Notes: generated from the sequence alone by a model not told the origin. A stretch of DNA of 64,000 nt from an uncultured delta proteobacterium (GCA_963796685.1 CAWCMR010000015.1:288001-352000), one strand, 5' to 3'; counted from the first letter of the stretch, positions 18,662-28,867 are shown. Translations and numbers: made by a program.

Positions 18662-20191
18662 ATGAAGCATCAAAAGCAGTACGAATCGGCCTTCGGGTCT
18701 CGCGCGATCCTTGCAGCGTTTCTGTCGAGTGGGTTGGTGGTCGCGTGCTCCAGTGCCAAGGGCTCCGGCGGTTCGCCGCCTGGAACCGGTGGTGCGTCCG
18801 CTGGCACCGGCGGAGAACACCCGCAGCCGTCCGCCGGGGCCGGCGGTGCCGGAGGCGCGCGAGCAACCACCGCCGACGCGGCGGACACCGGGGGCGTGTC
18901 GGGAACGGGTGGGCTCGGCAGCGGGGGCGCGGGTCTGGGCGGTCAAGCAGGCCTGGGCGGAACACCCGATGCGGCTTCGAGTGGCGCCGGCGGCGGCACC
19001 GGTGGCGGCGGGTCGCAGGCCCTGTTCGATGCGGGCAGCAGCGATGTCGCGATCGGGGCCGATGTCGGCGCGCCTGACGGGGTCGGCAAGTCTGCCGGTT
19101 TTCTCCATGTCGATGGCAGCAAGCTGGTGGATTCCCATGGTAACAGCGTGCGCTTGACCGGCGTCAATTGGTTCGGGCTCGAGACCAACAACCAGGAGCC
19201 GCACGGAATCTGGGTGCGCGACTACCGCAGCATGGTGAAGCAGATCGCCGACCTGGGTTTCAACGCAATCCGCTTGCCATTTTCCAATCAAATCCTGCGC
19301 AGTGATGCCAAGGCATCCGACTCTGGCGGCTTCGGCAGCTCGGGTCCTGACGCCTACGACGGCACCAACCCCATCAACGCGGCATTGGTTGGCAAGTCAC
19401 CCCTCGAAATCATGGACAAGGTGATCGAGGCGGCCGGGGAATTCGGCGTGAAGATCATCTTGGACGACCATTCGCGCGAACCGGACGGCTACATGAACGA
19501 GCAGGTCTGGTACACCGACAAGACGCCGGAAAAGCAATGGATCGACGACTGGATCTCCCTGGCCAAGCGTTACGCCGGTAACACCACCGTGGTGGCGGCC
19601 GACTTGGACAACGAGCCGCACGGCATCGCCTCGTGGGGGACGGGCGACGCGACCACCGATTGGAACAGCGCTGCCGAGAGATGCGGCAATGCCATCCTGG
19701 CCGCCAACCCCGACTGGGTCATTGTCGTCGAGGGCGTGGAGAAGGTCGGCAGTGATGGCTATTGGTGGGGCGGGAACCTGAGCGGCGCGAAAGACTATCC
19801 CATCAAGTTGTCGGATCCGAGCAAGCTGATGTATTCGGCACACGAGTATGGTCCGGAGGTACACGACCAACCTTGGTTCAGCGACGCCAATTTTCCCGGC
19901 AATTTAGCCTCGGTGTGGACGACCCATTTCGACTTCATCATGCAACAGAACCTCGGCCACATCCTGCTTGGCGAGTTCGGAATCAAAGATCGCACTGCCG
20001 ATGGGGGCAGGTCCGGCCAATGGTTCGACACCGTGTTGTCGAAGCTGGGCAAGACCTATTCATGGACCTTCTGGTGTTGGAACCCCAACTCGGGCGACAC
20101 GGAAGGCCTGCTCGCCTACGACTGGGTCACGCCCGTGCAGTGGAAGATCGACGCGCTCAAGCCGGCCATGGCGCCCATGATCGGCAAGTAA
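18662..20191 (+). CDS. GH5 endoglucanase (cellulase) lipoprotein with Gly-rich linker
   Basis: Lipobox VVA-C; GVNWFGLET, GFNAIRLPF, DLDNEPH (acid/base), HEYG, LGEFG (nucleophile), WCWNPNSGDT. Confidence 0.92.
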   Translation: MKHQKQYESAFGSRAILAAFLSSGLVVACSSAKGSGGSPPGTGGASAGTGGEHPQPSAGAGGAGGARATTADAADTGGVSGTGGLGSGGAGLGGQAGLGGTPDAASSGAGGGTGGGGSQALFDAGSSDVAIGADVGAPDGVGKSAGFLHVDGSKLVDSHGNSVRLTGVNWFGLETNNQEPHGIWVRDYRSMVKQIADLGFNAIRLPFSNQILRSDAKASDSGGFGSSGPDAYDGTNPINAALVGKSPLEIMDKVIEAAGEFGVKIILDDHSREPDGYMNEQVWYTDKTPEKQWIDDWISLAKRYAGNTTVVAADLDNEPHGIASWGTGDATTDWNSAAERCGNAILAANPDWVIVVEGVEKVGSDGYWWGGNLSGAKDYPIKLSDPSKLMYSAHEYGPEVHDQPWFSDANFPGNLASVWTTHFDFIMQQNLGHILLGEFGIKDRTADGGRSGQWFDTVLSKLGKTYSWTFWCWNPNSGDTEGLLAYDWVTPVQWKIDALKPAMAPMIGK

Positions 20192-20243
20192 CGCCAGGCA
20201 AGTACGCCACAAGAAGGGCGGAACAGCCTAGCCCCATGTGCGG

Positions 20244-22118
20244 TTACTTGGCGACCGCGTGCACCAGCGGCGGCGTAATGCGATCCGCTCGGTAGACGCC
20301 GGTACTGGGGGGAAGGCGGAATTCCCACACCACCTTGCCATCGGCCTTGGTCACCTCGAAGACGCGTGCATCACCGGCATTCGCGCCCAACGACCCCGCG
20401 GTGATCAGCACGTTGCCGTTGGCAAGCCGATCGGCGTCGCCGAAGTAGGCCGTGTACCAGGTGTTCTTGTACCAGGTGTCGACGCTGAACGTGCCCGGGA
20501 ACTCCCAATCGAGAGTCGCGGTCTTGGCGTTCTCGTCGACCTTGTACTCCACCGCGCGGGAGTGGTAGGTGGTCGTCGAACCGCCCGGAAAACCGGACGT
20601 CGCGTAGCCGCCATTGTCGAAGAACAGGATGGTGCCGTCGTCGTGGATCTCGGGATCGTGGGTATCACTGTACTGCGATGTCGTGGGTGAGAACGTCAGG
20701 GTGCCGGTCGCCCCGCCGTGGCTGGCGGCCAGGTGCCAGATGAGCGAGCCCGGGTTCTTGTAGCTGGTCTTGATGAGCCCCATCCACCGACAGTTCGCGT
20801 AGACCACATCCTTGGCAATGTCGACACTGATGAAGTTGCCGTGGCACCAGTCGCCCGACGCTCCCGAGGGCATGGGCACGAGCTTGCCGTAGTCCAAGGA
20901 CCACACCACCTTGCCGCTGGCGTCGAGCTCCTCGAACACCGGAGACTGGTTCCCGCCGAAGCCGCTGCTCCCGCTGGTCACCCAGCGGTTGACGACGTGG
21001 TCGCCATTCGAAAGCTTGATGGCGTCATGGGTCAGCTCACCGGTGCCGCCGCACAACGGATCCTTGCACTCCCAAAGGGTGTTGCCCGCGAAATCGACCT
21101 CACGCGGCGATTCGCCGGTACCGGTGGTCTGACCTACGACCGGGCCGATGAACACGCCCTGGTCGGTCAGGTAGGTGGCGATGGCGCCGCCAAAGTCATT
21201 GGTCGTGCCATCGATGTAGTACCAAACCGGTTGGCCGGTAGCATCGAACATCACGGCTGCGGCCGGGTAGTTGGATATGGGCGCGGTGGCGCTGCTGCCT
21301 ACGACGATGTTCGTGAGCGTCCAGCCCGGCTGCGACTTGGTCGTGTCGTTGATGGTGACATCGGCGACCGGGATCTGGGTCGGCAGGATCCCCGTCTTGA
21401 AGGTCCCGGTCGCACTGCCGGTACAACCGCTGGCGGAGGACATGGCCTTGATCTGGTAGCTCGTGTTGGCGTGCATGCCGATGACCAGCACCTTGTGACT
21501 GGTGACGGCCGTGGAATCGGAGATCTCCCAGTCGTAGCTGCTCTCGCCGAACTGGACCGTCGAGTCGGCCGGCTTGTCAGTCGTCCAGCTCACGAACGCG
21601 GACAGCACATTCTTGGCGTTCGCATCGACCTTCATGCCGGTGACGGTTATCGGGGTGGTGCACGTGCCCGAGCCGCCGCCGCCCGAGCCGGCCCCGCCTC
21701 CAGTTCCGCCGGCCCCTCCAACTCCACCCGAAGACTGGACGCCACCACCACCCGAGCTTCCGCTGGCACCTCCGGAGGTCAGTCCTCCCGCGCCACTCTT
21801 CCCGCCGGAGCCGCTTTTTCCCCCCGAGCCGACGGTGCTGTCGCCGCCCGAGCCGCTCTTTCCGCCCGAGCCGACGGTGCTGTCGCCGCCCGAGCCGCTC
21901 TTTCCGCCCGAGCCGACGGTGCTGTCGCCGCCCTTGCCGCTCTTCCCGCCCGAGCCGGCACTAGCACCTCCCGCGCCACCTCCTTTGCTGCCTCCCGTGC
22001 CAGTCGTGCCGCCAGCGCCCTTGGTCGAGGTTTGTTTTTGGGCGCATGCTCCCAGAAGAAGGCATGACAGCGCCACGGAGACGAGAGATCGACACTTTAT
22101 GCCCTGTTGCATCATCAT
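20244..22118 (-). CDS. Aryl-sulfate sulfotransferase-like lipoprotein with Gly-rich linker and Ig/FN3-like domain
   Basis: Lipobox LGA-C; THDAIKLSNGD, DWCHGN, THDPE, FDNG, GDADRLANGNVLIT, YRADR. Confidence 0.8.
   Translation of the reverse strand: MMMQQGIKCRSLVSVALSCLLLGACAQKQTSTKGAGGTTGTGGSKGGGAGGASAGSGGKSGKGGDSTVGSGGKSGSGGDSTVGSGGKSGSGGDSTVGSGGKSGSGGKSGAGGLTSGGASGSSGGGGVQSSGGVGGAGGTGGGAGSGGGGSGTCTTPITVTGMKVDANAKNVLSAFVSWTTDKPADSTVQFGESSYDWEISDSTAVTSHKVLVIGMHANTSYQIKAMSSASGCTGSATGTFKTGILPTQIPVADVTINDTTKSQPGWTLTNIVVGSSATAPISNYPAAAVMFDATGQPVWYYIDGTTNDFGGAIATYLTDQGVFIGPVVGQTTGTGESPREVDFAGNTLWECKDPLCGGTGELTHDAIKLSNGDHVVNRWVTSGSSGFGGNQSPVFEELDASGKVVWSLDYGKLVPMPSGASGDWCHGNFISVDIAKDVVYANCRWMGLIKTSYKNPGSLIWHLAASHGGATGTLTFSPTTSQYSDTHDPEIHDDGTILFFDNGGYATSGFPGGSTTTYHSRAVEYKVDENAKTATLDWEFPGTFSVDTWYKNTWYTAYFGDADRLANGNVLITAGSLGANAGDARVFEVTKADGKVVWEFRLPPSTGVYRADRITPPLVHAVAK
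21810..21935 (-). repeat. 42-bp in-frame tandem repeat (GDSTVGSGGKSGSG x3) in linker
   Basis: Three near-identical units visible in DNA and protein. Confidence 0.85.
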
Positions 22119-22217
22119 TTCCTGCCGCGAAGGAAGATTGTCTGATAACGCCGTTGCCGAGCACAAGAACCATCGGCCGAAGGCCGCCACTTTTTGGGCC
22201 TTGTCCTCACCTCCACG

Positions 22218-22361
22218 ATGTCGCGCCTTGGTCGACGGATCATGCCCTACCGCACGACGGACAACAGAATCGACGGAATCGTGATGACGTTTGCCGACAT
22301 CACGGCATCAAAGAGGCTGGAGACGGCATTGCGACAGAAGCAGGCAGGCCACTCAGCATGA
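22218..22361 (+). pseudogene. C-terminal PAS tail remnant of a CheB/CheR fusion protein
   Basis: RIMPYRTTDNRIDGIVMTFADITASKRLE matches the typical CheB/CheR-PAS terminus; lies directly upstream of a PAS kinase. Confidence 0.75.
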
Positions 22362-22385
22362 CCGCGACAGGCACGCGAGGGAGTG

Positions 22386-24602
22386 ATGAAGGAGAACAAG
22401 GGGCACCAGGGAGGGCCTGATGAGCTGCGGCGCCGGGCGGTGCAGAAGGCCCTGACGCTCCATCGCGAGCCCGATGCCGGCGAGCTGGCCATGCCGCCCG
22501 AGAAGCGGCGCCTGGTTCAGGAGCTGCAGGTTCACCAGATCGAATTGGAGCTCCAGAACGACGAGCTGCAGCGCGCTCGCGAGGAAACCGAGCAAGCGCT
22601 GGCACGCTACACCGACCTTTACGAGTTCGCCCCCGTCGGGTATCTGACCTTGGATCGCGGTGGGCTCATCCAGCAAGTCAATCTCTCGGGCGCGCGCCTG
22701 GTAGGCGTGGAGCGCGGACGCTTGGTCGGGATGCGACTGTCGGTCTTGATTTCAGCGGAAAGCCGGCGACCTTTCGAGGCGCTGTTCGCCAAGGTGTTCG
22801 AGAGCCGCACCAAGCAGTCCTGTGAAGTGGTCATGCGATGGGGGGAAAAGGAGCCTGTCACCGTGGAAATCGTGGCCCAGGTCTCCGAGGACGGGCAAGC
22901 GTGCCGCATCATCGCCGCCGACATCAGCGAGCGAAAACGTGCCCAGGAAATCCTGTCCATCCACTTGCAGCTCCAGCAGTTTGCCCTGGTGCACTCGCGT
23001 GCCGAGCTGCTGCGAAGAGTGCTCGATGAAATCGAGCGCATGACCGGTGGTGGGGTGGGCGTATGCTACTCGCTTGCCGATGACCAGCGTGTCCTCGTGC
23101 GCGAAGCATGGTCCACGAGCACGCAGGGCAAACTGCAGGGGGTTCAAGCAGACGTCCAGCGTTGCGCCTTGGCAGACGCCGGTGTCTGGGCCGACTGTGT
23201 GAGCCAACGCCGTTCGGTGGTCTACAACGACAACGCTTGGCCGTCGGAGAAGATGGGCCTCCCCGAGCTTCGCATCCACGTGCTGCGTGTATTGGTGGTG
23301 CCGATTCTGCGTGTCGGTCAGGTCGTCGCGCTCGTGGGCGTCGCCAACAAAGCGACCGATTTCACCCAGGACGACGTCAAGACGGTCGACTATTTGGCAG
23401 ACGTGGCATGGGAGATCGCCGAGCACAAGAAGGCGGCGGACGAGCGTAGGGATCTGCAACTGCAGCTGCAACTTGCCGAATCGCAGAAGATGGAGGCCAT
23501 CGGCACGCTCGCGGGGGGGATCGCCCACGACTTCAACAACATCCTCGCCGGCCTTCTGGGCGGGCTCACGTTGCTCGATATCGAGCTGCAACCGACCAAC
23601 GAGAACCACGGCTTCATTCAGGACATGATGGACCTGGTCACCCGAGGTTCGGATCTGACCAGGCAGCTTCTCGGGTTTGCCCGCCGGGGCAAGTACGACG
23701 TAAGGCCTCTCGACCTGGCTCGTGTGGTGGCGAAGACAAGTGCCATGTTCGGGCGCACGCGAAAGGAAGTGTCCATCCACCTCGACTTTCCCCCTGGGTT
23801 GATGGCGGTGCTCATGGACCACACGCAGATCGAGCAGGTGTTGCTCAACCTCTTCCTGAACGCCGCACAAGCCATGCCCCACGGTGGCACGCTGGAGGTG
23901 CGTGCCGAGAATGCGGATCTCAGCGACTCGACCACGCGCCCGAGTGCGCTTGGGCCCGGCCCCTTCGTCAAGCTGGCGGTTCAAGACACGGGGGTCGGCA
24001 TGGACGCCGCGACCCAAGCACGGATCTTCGAGCCCTTTTTCACGACCAAGGAGCCGGGCAAGGGCACCGGGCTCGGGCTCGCCTCGGTGTACGGCATCGT
24101 CAGGAGTCACGGCGGCTTCATCACCGTCGACAGCGCCCTCGGGAAGGGCACGACTTTCTCGGTCTATTTGCCGGGGACGGATCTTCCCACCAGCGAGGAG
24201 AAGACCCCGGCGGCGGTGATCGAGCGAGGCGTGGGCACCATCCTGGTCGTGGACGACGAGCCGCACATCCTGGATGTGCTCACCCGCGTGCTGAAGAAGA
24301 TCGGCTATGAGGTTTTGGCCGCGTCTGGCGGACGCCAGGCCGTCGAGATGGTGCGCCAGCACGGCGCCAGTATTTCACTGGTCATCCTCGACATGATCAT
24401 GCCCGAGATGAGCGGCAGCCAGACCTACGATGCGCTTCGCGAGGTCATGCCGAACGTCAAGGTGTTGGTGTCGAGCGGCTACAGCATCGACGAACAAGCC
24501 CGGGAAATGCTCGCGCGCGGTTGCAAGGGATTCATCAAGAAACCCTTCGATATCGCGACCCTGTCATCGAAGTTGAGGGCGCTGTCGCAGCAGCAAGGAT
24601 GA
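22386..24602 (+). CDS. PAS-GAF hybrid histidine kinase/response regulator
   Basis: HQIELELQN, DLYEFAPVGY PAS, GAF, AHDFNN, GTGLGL, receiver LDMIMP. Confidence 0.95.
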   Translation: MKENKGHQGGPDELRRRAVQKALTLHREPDAGELAMPPEKRRLVQELQVHQIELELQNDELQRAREETEQALARYTDLYEFAPVGYLTLDRGGLIQQVNLSGARLVGVERGRLVGMRLSVLISAESRRPFEALFAKVFESRTKQSCEVVMRWGEKEPVTVEIVAQVSEDGQACRIIAADISERKRAQEILSIHLQLQQFALVHSRAELLRRVLDEIERMTGGGVGVCYSLADDQRVLVREAWSTSTQGKLQGVQADVQRCALADAGVWADCVSQRRSVVYNDNAWPSEKMGLPELRIHVLRVLVVPILRVGQVVALVGVANKATDFTQDDVKTVDYLADVAWEIAEHKKAADERRDLQLQLQLAESQKMEAIGTLAGGIAHDFNNILAGLLGGLTLLDIELQPTNENHGFIQDMMDLVTRGSDLTRQLLGFARRGKYDVRPLDLARVVAKTSAMFGRTRKEVSIHLDFPPGLMAVLMDHTQIEQVLLNLFLNAAQAMPHGGTLEVRAENADLSDSTTRPSALGPGPFVKLAVQDTGVGMDAATQARIFEPFFTTKEPGKGTGLGLASVYGIVRSHGGFITVDSALGKGTTFSVYLPGTDLPTSEEKTPAAVIERGVGTILVVDDEPHILDVLTRVLKKIGYEVLAASGGRQAVEMVRQHGASISLVILDMIMPEMSGSQTYDALREVMPNVKVLVSSGYSIDEQAREMLARGCKGFIKKPFDIATLSSKLRALSQQQG

Positions 24603-24675
24603 CCCGCCAGCGGCCAGCCGCCCCCTTGGCGGGCTCGTCGTCCGAGGGCCGTTTTCGGCCTGAGGCTCGATTGCG

Positions 24676-26580
24676 CTAAGGCCCGTCAACGCCCCCGTCG
24701 ATCCCACCCGCCTCGGTTTCGGTGTTCGCGTCGGGTTCGGTGTCCGGGCCGGCGTCGATGCCGGCATCCGGTGGGACGTAGCCGGGAGGGAAGAGCTGGC
24801 TTGCCGGGACGACCTCCTCGGGTTGACAGGGCGAGAACCAAAGCAACTTGATGAGGGCGTTCTCGAGATTCTCGTGGAACTCCAGCTTGATGTCGTAGAG
24901 CTGCCCCGCGACCAGGTACGCCAGTCCCCCGTCCTCCGCGGCTTGGTGATCGACGTAGTCGTCGATGATGAGCTGTCCGTCGATCCACAGGCGCACACCA
25001 TCGTCCGACCAGGTGCGGAAGGTCGTGCCTCCCGTGTAGCGGGCGAGGAGCTTTCCCGTCCAGCGCACGGAAAAGGTATCGGCCCCGACGGCGGGGTCGG
25101 GCGCGCCCATCCCCCAGTCGAAATTAATCGTCTCCGCCGCGTGGGTGGCCGCGAGACTCGTGAAATCGGGGTTGTCGTAGTAGTCGCCGCGCAATCCTAT
25201 ACCGGTGCCCGTCACGGGAACGGAGCAGTCCATGCCGGTGTAGGACGGGTAGAGCTGTGTCGTCGGAACGATCTCCTTGGCCTGGCAGGAACCGCCCCAC
25301 AGCAGCTGGACTTGGCCGCCGCCGCTTTGCTCGTAGTATTCGAGCCTGAGGTTGTAGGTCTGGCCCGCGGTGGTGGCGAAGGTGGCCACATCCTCGGTGG
25401 TCGCGTGCGCGGTCCAGTCGTCAAAGGCCAGAGCGTCGTTGACGAACAGCCGTGCGCCACCGTGGGAGGCCACGTAGAACGTGGTGAATCCCATGTACCG
25501 AGCTTGCACCTGGCCGGTCCAGAGCGCGGAATAGTTGCCGGGTGCAATCGCCGGGTCTGGAGAGGTTCCGTCCGGCCATACGAAGGAGATCGTCGGGTCG
25601 GTGCGGGTCACCTGCAGACTGGTGAGGTCTTGGTTGTCGAAGTACTGCCCCACCAGGCCGCTGCCGGTGCCGATCGCGGGAGTGGGGCATGCGGCGGGGG
25701 GACTGTAAAGTTGGCTCTGCGGAATGATCTCGCGCGCCTGGCACGGGCTCGACCAGGCGAGTTGCGCGCTGGCGAGCTGGGCCGCTTCGTAGTACTCCAT
25801 CTTGAGGTCGTACTTCTGACCCGCCACCAGATCGACCGTTCCGGAGCTCTCGGTGGCCATGTGGTCGTTCCAATCATCGATGATCAGGCTGCCGTGGATC
25901 CACAGCCGGACCCCGTCGTCCGTGGTGGTGTAGAAGGTGTAGCGACCCGAGAAGCGCGGCTGCACTTGCCCGGTCCAGCGCACGGAGAATCCGTCGGCGG
26001 GCAGTCCCATGTCCGGGGCGCCAGACCCCCAGTCGTAATCGATGGTGGCGTCGATGCGCGAGAGCACCTGGCCGGTCAGCGACGACGTCGCGAAGTAGTC
26101 GCCCTGCAGGCCGTTGCCCGTGCCTTGGATTCCGGGCGGGGAGCACCCGGACGGATTGGTCGTAGCGTCCCCAACCATCGGGACATCCGTGGCCGCATCG
26201 TGGCCTACGCCGCCCTGACCAGTCGTGCCACCTGCGGGTGTCGAGCCGCCGGTGCTTGCGCCGGATTGGCCGCCGTTGCCGGGTGAGCCACCCGCGTTCG
26301 GCGCGTCCCCCGCGTTCGGTACCCCGCCGTCGGCGCCGCCCCCTCCGGTGCCGGCTGCTCCCCCCGCCGCCTTTAGGCCGCCGCCACTTCCTCCCTGGCT
26401 TCCACCCGCGCCGATGGAGCCACCGGACGGGCCGGCATCGCCGAAGCGGCCACCGGTATTCGTCCCGGTTGCACCGCCCGCGGCGACCCTTCGGTCACCG
26501 ATCCCGGCAACCATTTCACAAGCCGACGACGCCAGGGCGAGAAGCACCAGCGCGGAAAGCGGTCGCACGGCTGTCACCAC
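24676..26580 (-). CDS. Lipoprotein with Gly-rich linker and three PA14 domains
   Basis: Lipobox SSA-C; three GxGLxGxYF...FSVRWTG...DDGVRLW repeats separated by Cys spacers. Confidence 0.9.
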   Translation of the reverse strand: MVTAVRPLSALVLLALASSACEMVAGIGDRRVAAGGATGTNTGGRFGDAGPSGGSIGAGGSQGGSGGGLKAAGGAAGTGGGGADGGVPNAGDAPNAGGSPGNGGQSGASTGGSTPAGGTTGQGGVGHDAATDVPMVGDATTNPSGCSPPGIQGTGNGLQGDYFATSSLTGQVLSRIDATIDYDWGSGAPDMGLPADGFSVRWTGQVQPRFSGRYTFYTTTDDGVRLWIHGSLIIDDWNDHMATESSGTVDLVAGQKYDLKMEYYEAAQLASAQLAWSSPCQAREIIPQSQLYSPPAACPTPAIGTGSGLVGQYFDNQDLTSLQVTRTDPTISFVWPDGTSPDPAIAPGNYSALWTGQVQARYMGFTTFYVASHGGARLFVNDALAFDDWTAHATTEDVATFATTAGQTYNLRLEYYEQSGGGQVQLLWGGSCQAKEIVPTTQLYPSYTGMDCSVPVTGTGIGLRGDYYDNPDFTSLAATHAAETINFDWGMGAPDPAVGADTFSVRWTGKLLARYTGGTTFRTWSDDGVRLWIDGQLIIDDYVDHQAAEDGGLAYLVAGQLYDIKLEFHENLENALIKLLWFSPCQPEEVVPASQLFPPGYVPPDAGIDAGPDTEPDANTETEAGGIDGGVDGP

Positions 26581-27647
26581 GACCCCCGCAAGGCAAGGCC
26601 GGCCTCACGCGGACCCAGCGCGGCGGCCACCTGCACGGCCGGTGCCACGGCCGATGCGGTTGGAGGCGAAGGCGCGACTGGTCGCAGCAGAAGGTAGGTC
26701 GCCACGGCGACCGTGACCAGTCCGACGCCGAGGCTGATGTCGGCCACGCGCGCGGCCGTCTTTGCCTGGTTGTTGAGGTCCACCCCGGTCTGCGTACATT
26801 GGTTCTGGGGGCAGCTCGAATCGCTGTCGTGACGCTTGGAAATGGCCTCGACGCCGTACACCCCGCCCATGGCCAGCGCGGCGACGCCGACGCCGCCGAG
26901 CGCGTAGGCGACGAGCTTTCTCGTGGGAGATGCCGTCGCGAGAGGCGGAGCGGGCGGAGCGGTCGTGGTCTCTGTCGGGCGCGTTGGCTCGGGGGATGGT
27001 ACGCTTTCGGCCGTCGGCGCCGCCGAGGTGGGCTCGGGGGTGACCGGTGCGGCGGCTGCCACCGGTGCTGTCGCGGTGGTTTCGACCCGGTCCAGGCGGA
27101 TTTCGAGGTCGCGTTTCTCGCCACCGGCCAGCTCTAGTGGCTGGTCCCAGGGGAGGTACCCGTCGACCGACGCCGACAGGAAGTGCGGGCCCGCCTTGAG
27201 CTCGAGGGGGTCCGGCAGCGGGGTCTTGCCCACCGCGATCCCGTCGACACGCAGGACCACCCCGTCGACGGCGGCGTGAATGGTCACGCTGGCGATGCGA
27301 CGTTGCTGGGTGGCGATGACCGACTCGGCCTGCTTGCGGCGGGTCGCCGGCACCTGTTTGCCGCCCTCGTCGAGAAACTTCCTCAGCGTCTTGACCGCGA
27401 ACACCGGTTGGTCCATGGCCACGTAGGCTTGGCCGATGTCGTAGAGCACGGCGAAGTCATGCCCGAGATCGTAGGCTTGGTTGAGCTCGGCGATGGCCTC
27501 TCCGTAGGCCTTCTTCTTCATGCAGGACAGTCCGAGATCGTGATGCACACGCGCCTCGGCTCTGCTGTTGGTCTGTGCAAGGCTAGGGCGTGGAGTCAAG
27601 CACAGGCAGACCCAAAACCCGAGAACCACGCTGAAGACATGCCTCAT
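26574..27647 (-). CDS. TPR + PEGA domain protein (myxobacterial type)
   Basis: Signal peptide, TPR helices, PEGA VDGIAVGKTP...AGPH, C-terminal LALRGSW. Confidence 0.88.
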   Translation of the reverse strand: MRHVFSVVLGFWVCLCLTPRPSLAQTNSRAEARVHHDLGLSCMKKKAYGEAIAELNQAYDLGHDFAVLYDIGQAYVAMDQPVFAVKTLRKFLDEGGKQVPATRRKQAESVIATQQRRIASVTIHAAVDGVVLRVDGIAVGKTPLPDPLELKAGPHFLSASVDGYLPWDQPLELAGGEKRDLEIRLDRVETTATAPVAAAAPVTPEPTSAAPTAESVPSPEPTRPTETTTAPPAPPLATASPTRKLVAYALGGVGVAALAMGGVYGVEAISKRHDSDSSCPQNQCTQTGVDLNNQAKTAARVADISLGVGLVTVAVATYLLLRPVAPSPPTASAVAPAVQVAAALGPREAGLALRGSW

Positions 27648-27703
27648 CACGCCTTCTCCTACATGATTCACGCCCTCCCTTCAATCGGCACACGACCAGG
27701 CGC

Positions 27704-27719
27704 CGCAAGTCAGGTGCCA
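27704..27719 (-). promoter_or_regulatory. Sigma54 (-24/-12) promoter of the PEGA-PA14 operon
   Basis: TGGCAC-CTGAC-TTGCG on minus strand. Confidence 0.7.
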
Positions 27720-27731
27720 TTTCGGGCTTCG

Positions 27732-27754
27732 AACCGGGGGATCGGCCCCCGGTT
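27732..27754 (-). terminator. Hairpin after the ddl-like gene
   Basis: AACCGGGGG-ATCGG-CCCCCGGTT perfect 9-bp stem; weak U-tract. Confidence 0.5.
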
Positions 27755-27763
27755 GCCGCGAGC

Positions 27764-28780
27764 CTACGTCTTGCGCCCGCGCGAAATGGCCATCTCCGCG
27801 ATCTTCTCGATCAGCTGCGGGTAGGGCTCGCCGCCTTCTTCCGCGGCCCACGCCAGATCCTCCCCGTCGGCCAGATAGGGATTCGGGTTGGCCTCGACGA
27901 TGTAGATCTCGTCGTCGTGGGCCAATCGCACGTCGATGCGGCCGTAGTCGCGCAGGCCGGCGGCCTGGTAGGTGCGCACCGCCACATCGGCCAGGTGATC
28001 CTTCAGCTCCTTCGACAGATTCTTGGCGATGCAGTTCTGGATTCCGCGCGCCTCGCGGTACTTGTGGCTCCATTTGGCCTTGAAGGTGGCGATTCGGCTC
28101 TCCTCGGAGGTCTCGTCGCCGAACACCATCTCGATGGGCGGCAGCGCGCGCGGCGGATCGTTGCCAATCACGCCCACGTACAATTCACGACCGGCGATGA
28201 ACTCCTCGACGATGGCTGCGGTGTTGTGGCGCGTGTGAATGAAGGCCACCCGCTCGGTCAGCGCCGGATCGTCGTGCACCACCGACCGCTGCGCAATGCC
28301 GACCGAGGCGTCTTCGTCGAGGGGCTTGACGATGAGCGGAAAGCGCACGTCGCTCGGTCGCTGCACGGGTTGGCCACGCGGGCACACGAAGAAGTGCGGG
28401 ATGCGCAGCCCTTGGTAGGCCAGCACCATCTTGGTGAGCGCCTTATTGCGTGCCAGCATCAGCCCCTCGGACGAGGCGCCCGTGTAGGGTAGCCCCAGCA
28501 TCTCCATCAGCGCGGCCACGCCGTAGTCCAAGCTCGATTGGTTGCGGAAGCGTTCGGACAGGTTGAACACCACGTCCACCGGGGCGGCACGCAGGCCCGT
28601 GAGCAACGCCTCCAAATCGTTGCGGAAGCCGAACAGGCGCACCTCGTGGCCCTGACCCCGCAGCGCGCGGGCCACGTCGAACTCGGCCTCGTCCGCGGAT
28701 TCGATCTGGCGCGCGTAGTCTTGCCCCGCTGGCGGTTCAGCATCGGTGTCGAACAGGACGAGTATGCACAGCTTCTTCAT
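27764..28780 (-). CDS. D-Ala-D-Ala ligase family ATP-grasp protein
   Basis: PYTG, KALTK, PLIVKP, EEFIAGRE, GRIDVRL, EANPNP. Confidence 0.88.
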   Translation of the reverse strand: MKKLCILVLFDTDAEPPAGQDYARQIESADEAEFDVARALRGQGHEVRLFGFRNDLEALLTGLRAAPVDVVFNLSERFRNQSSLDYGVAALMEMLGLPYTGASSEGLMLARNKALTKMVLAYQGLRIPHFFVCPRGQPVQRPSDVRFPLIVKPLDEDASVGIAQRSVVHDDPALTERVAFIHTRHNTAAIVEEFIAGRELYVGVIGNDPPRALPPIEMVFGDETSEESRIATFKAKWSHKYREARGIQNCIAKNLSKELKDHLADVAVRTYQAAGLRDYGRIDVRLAHDDEIYIVEANPNPYLADGEDLAWAAEEGGEPYPQLIEKIAEMAISRGRKT

Positions 28781-28867
28781 GCCGCGGTCGTGGGCGGAGC
28801 CCACCCACCATCATTTTGTACTATGCCCTCGGTGCAGCAGGAAGAACGAAGTTGCGATCCGCAACGT

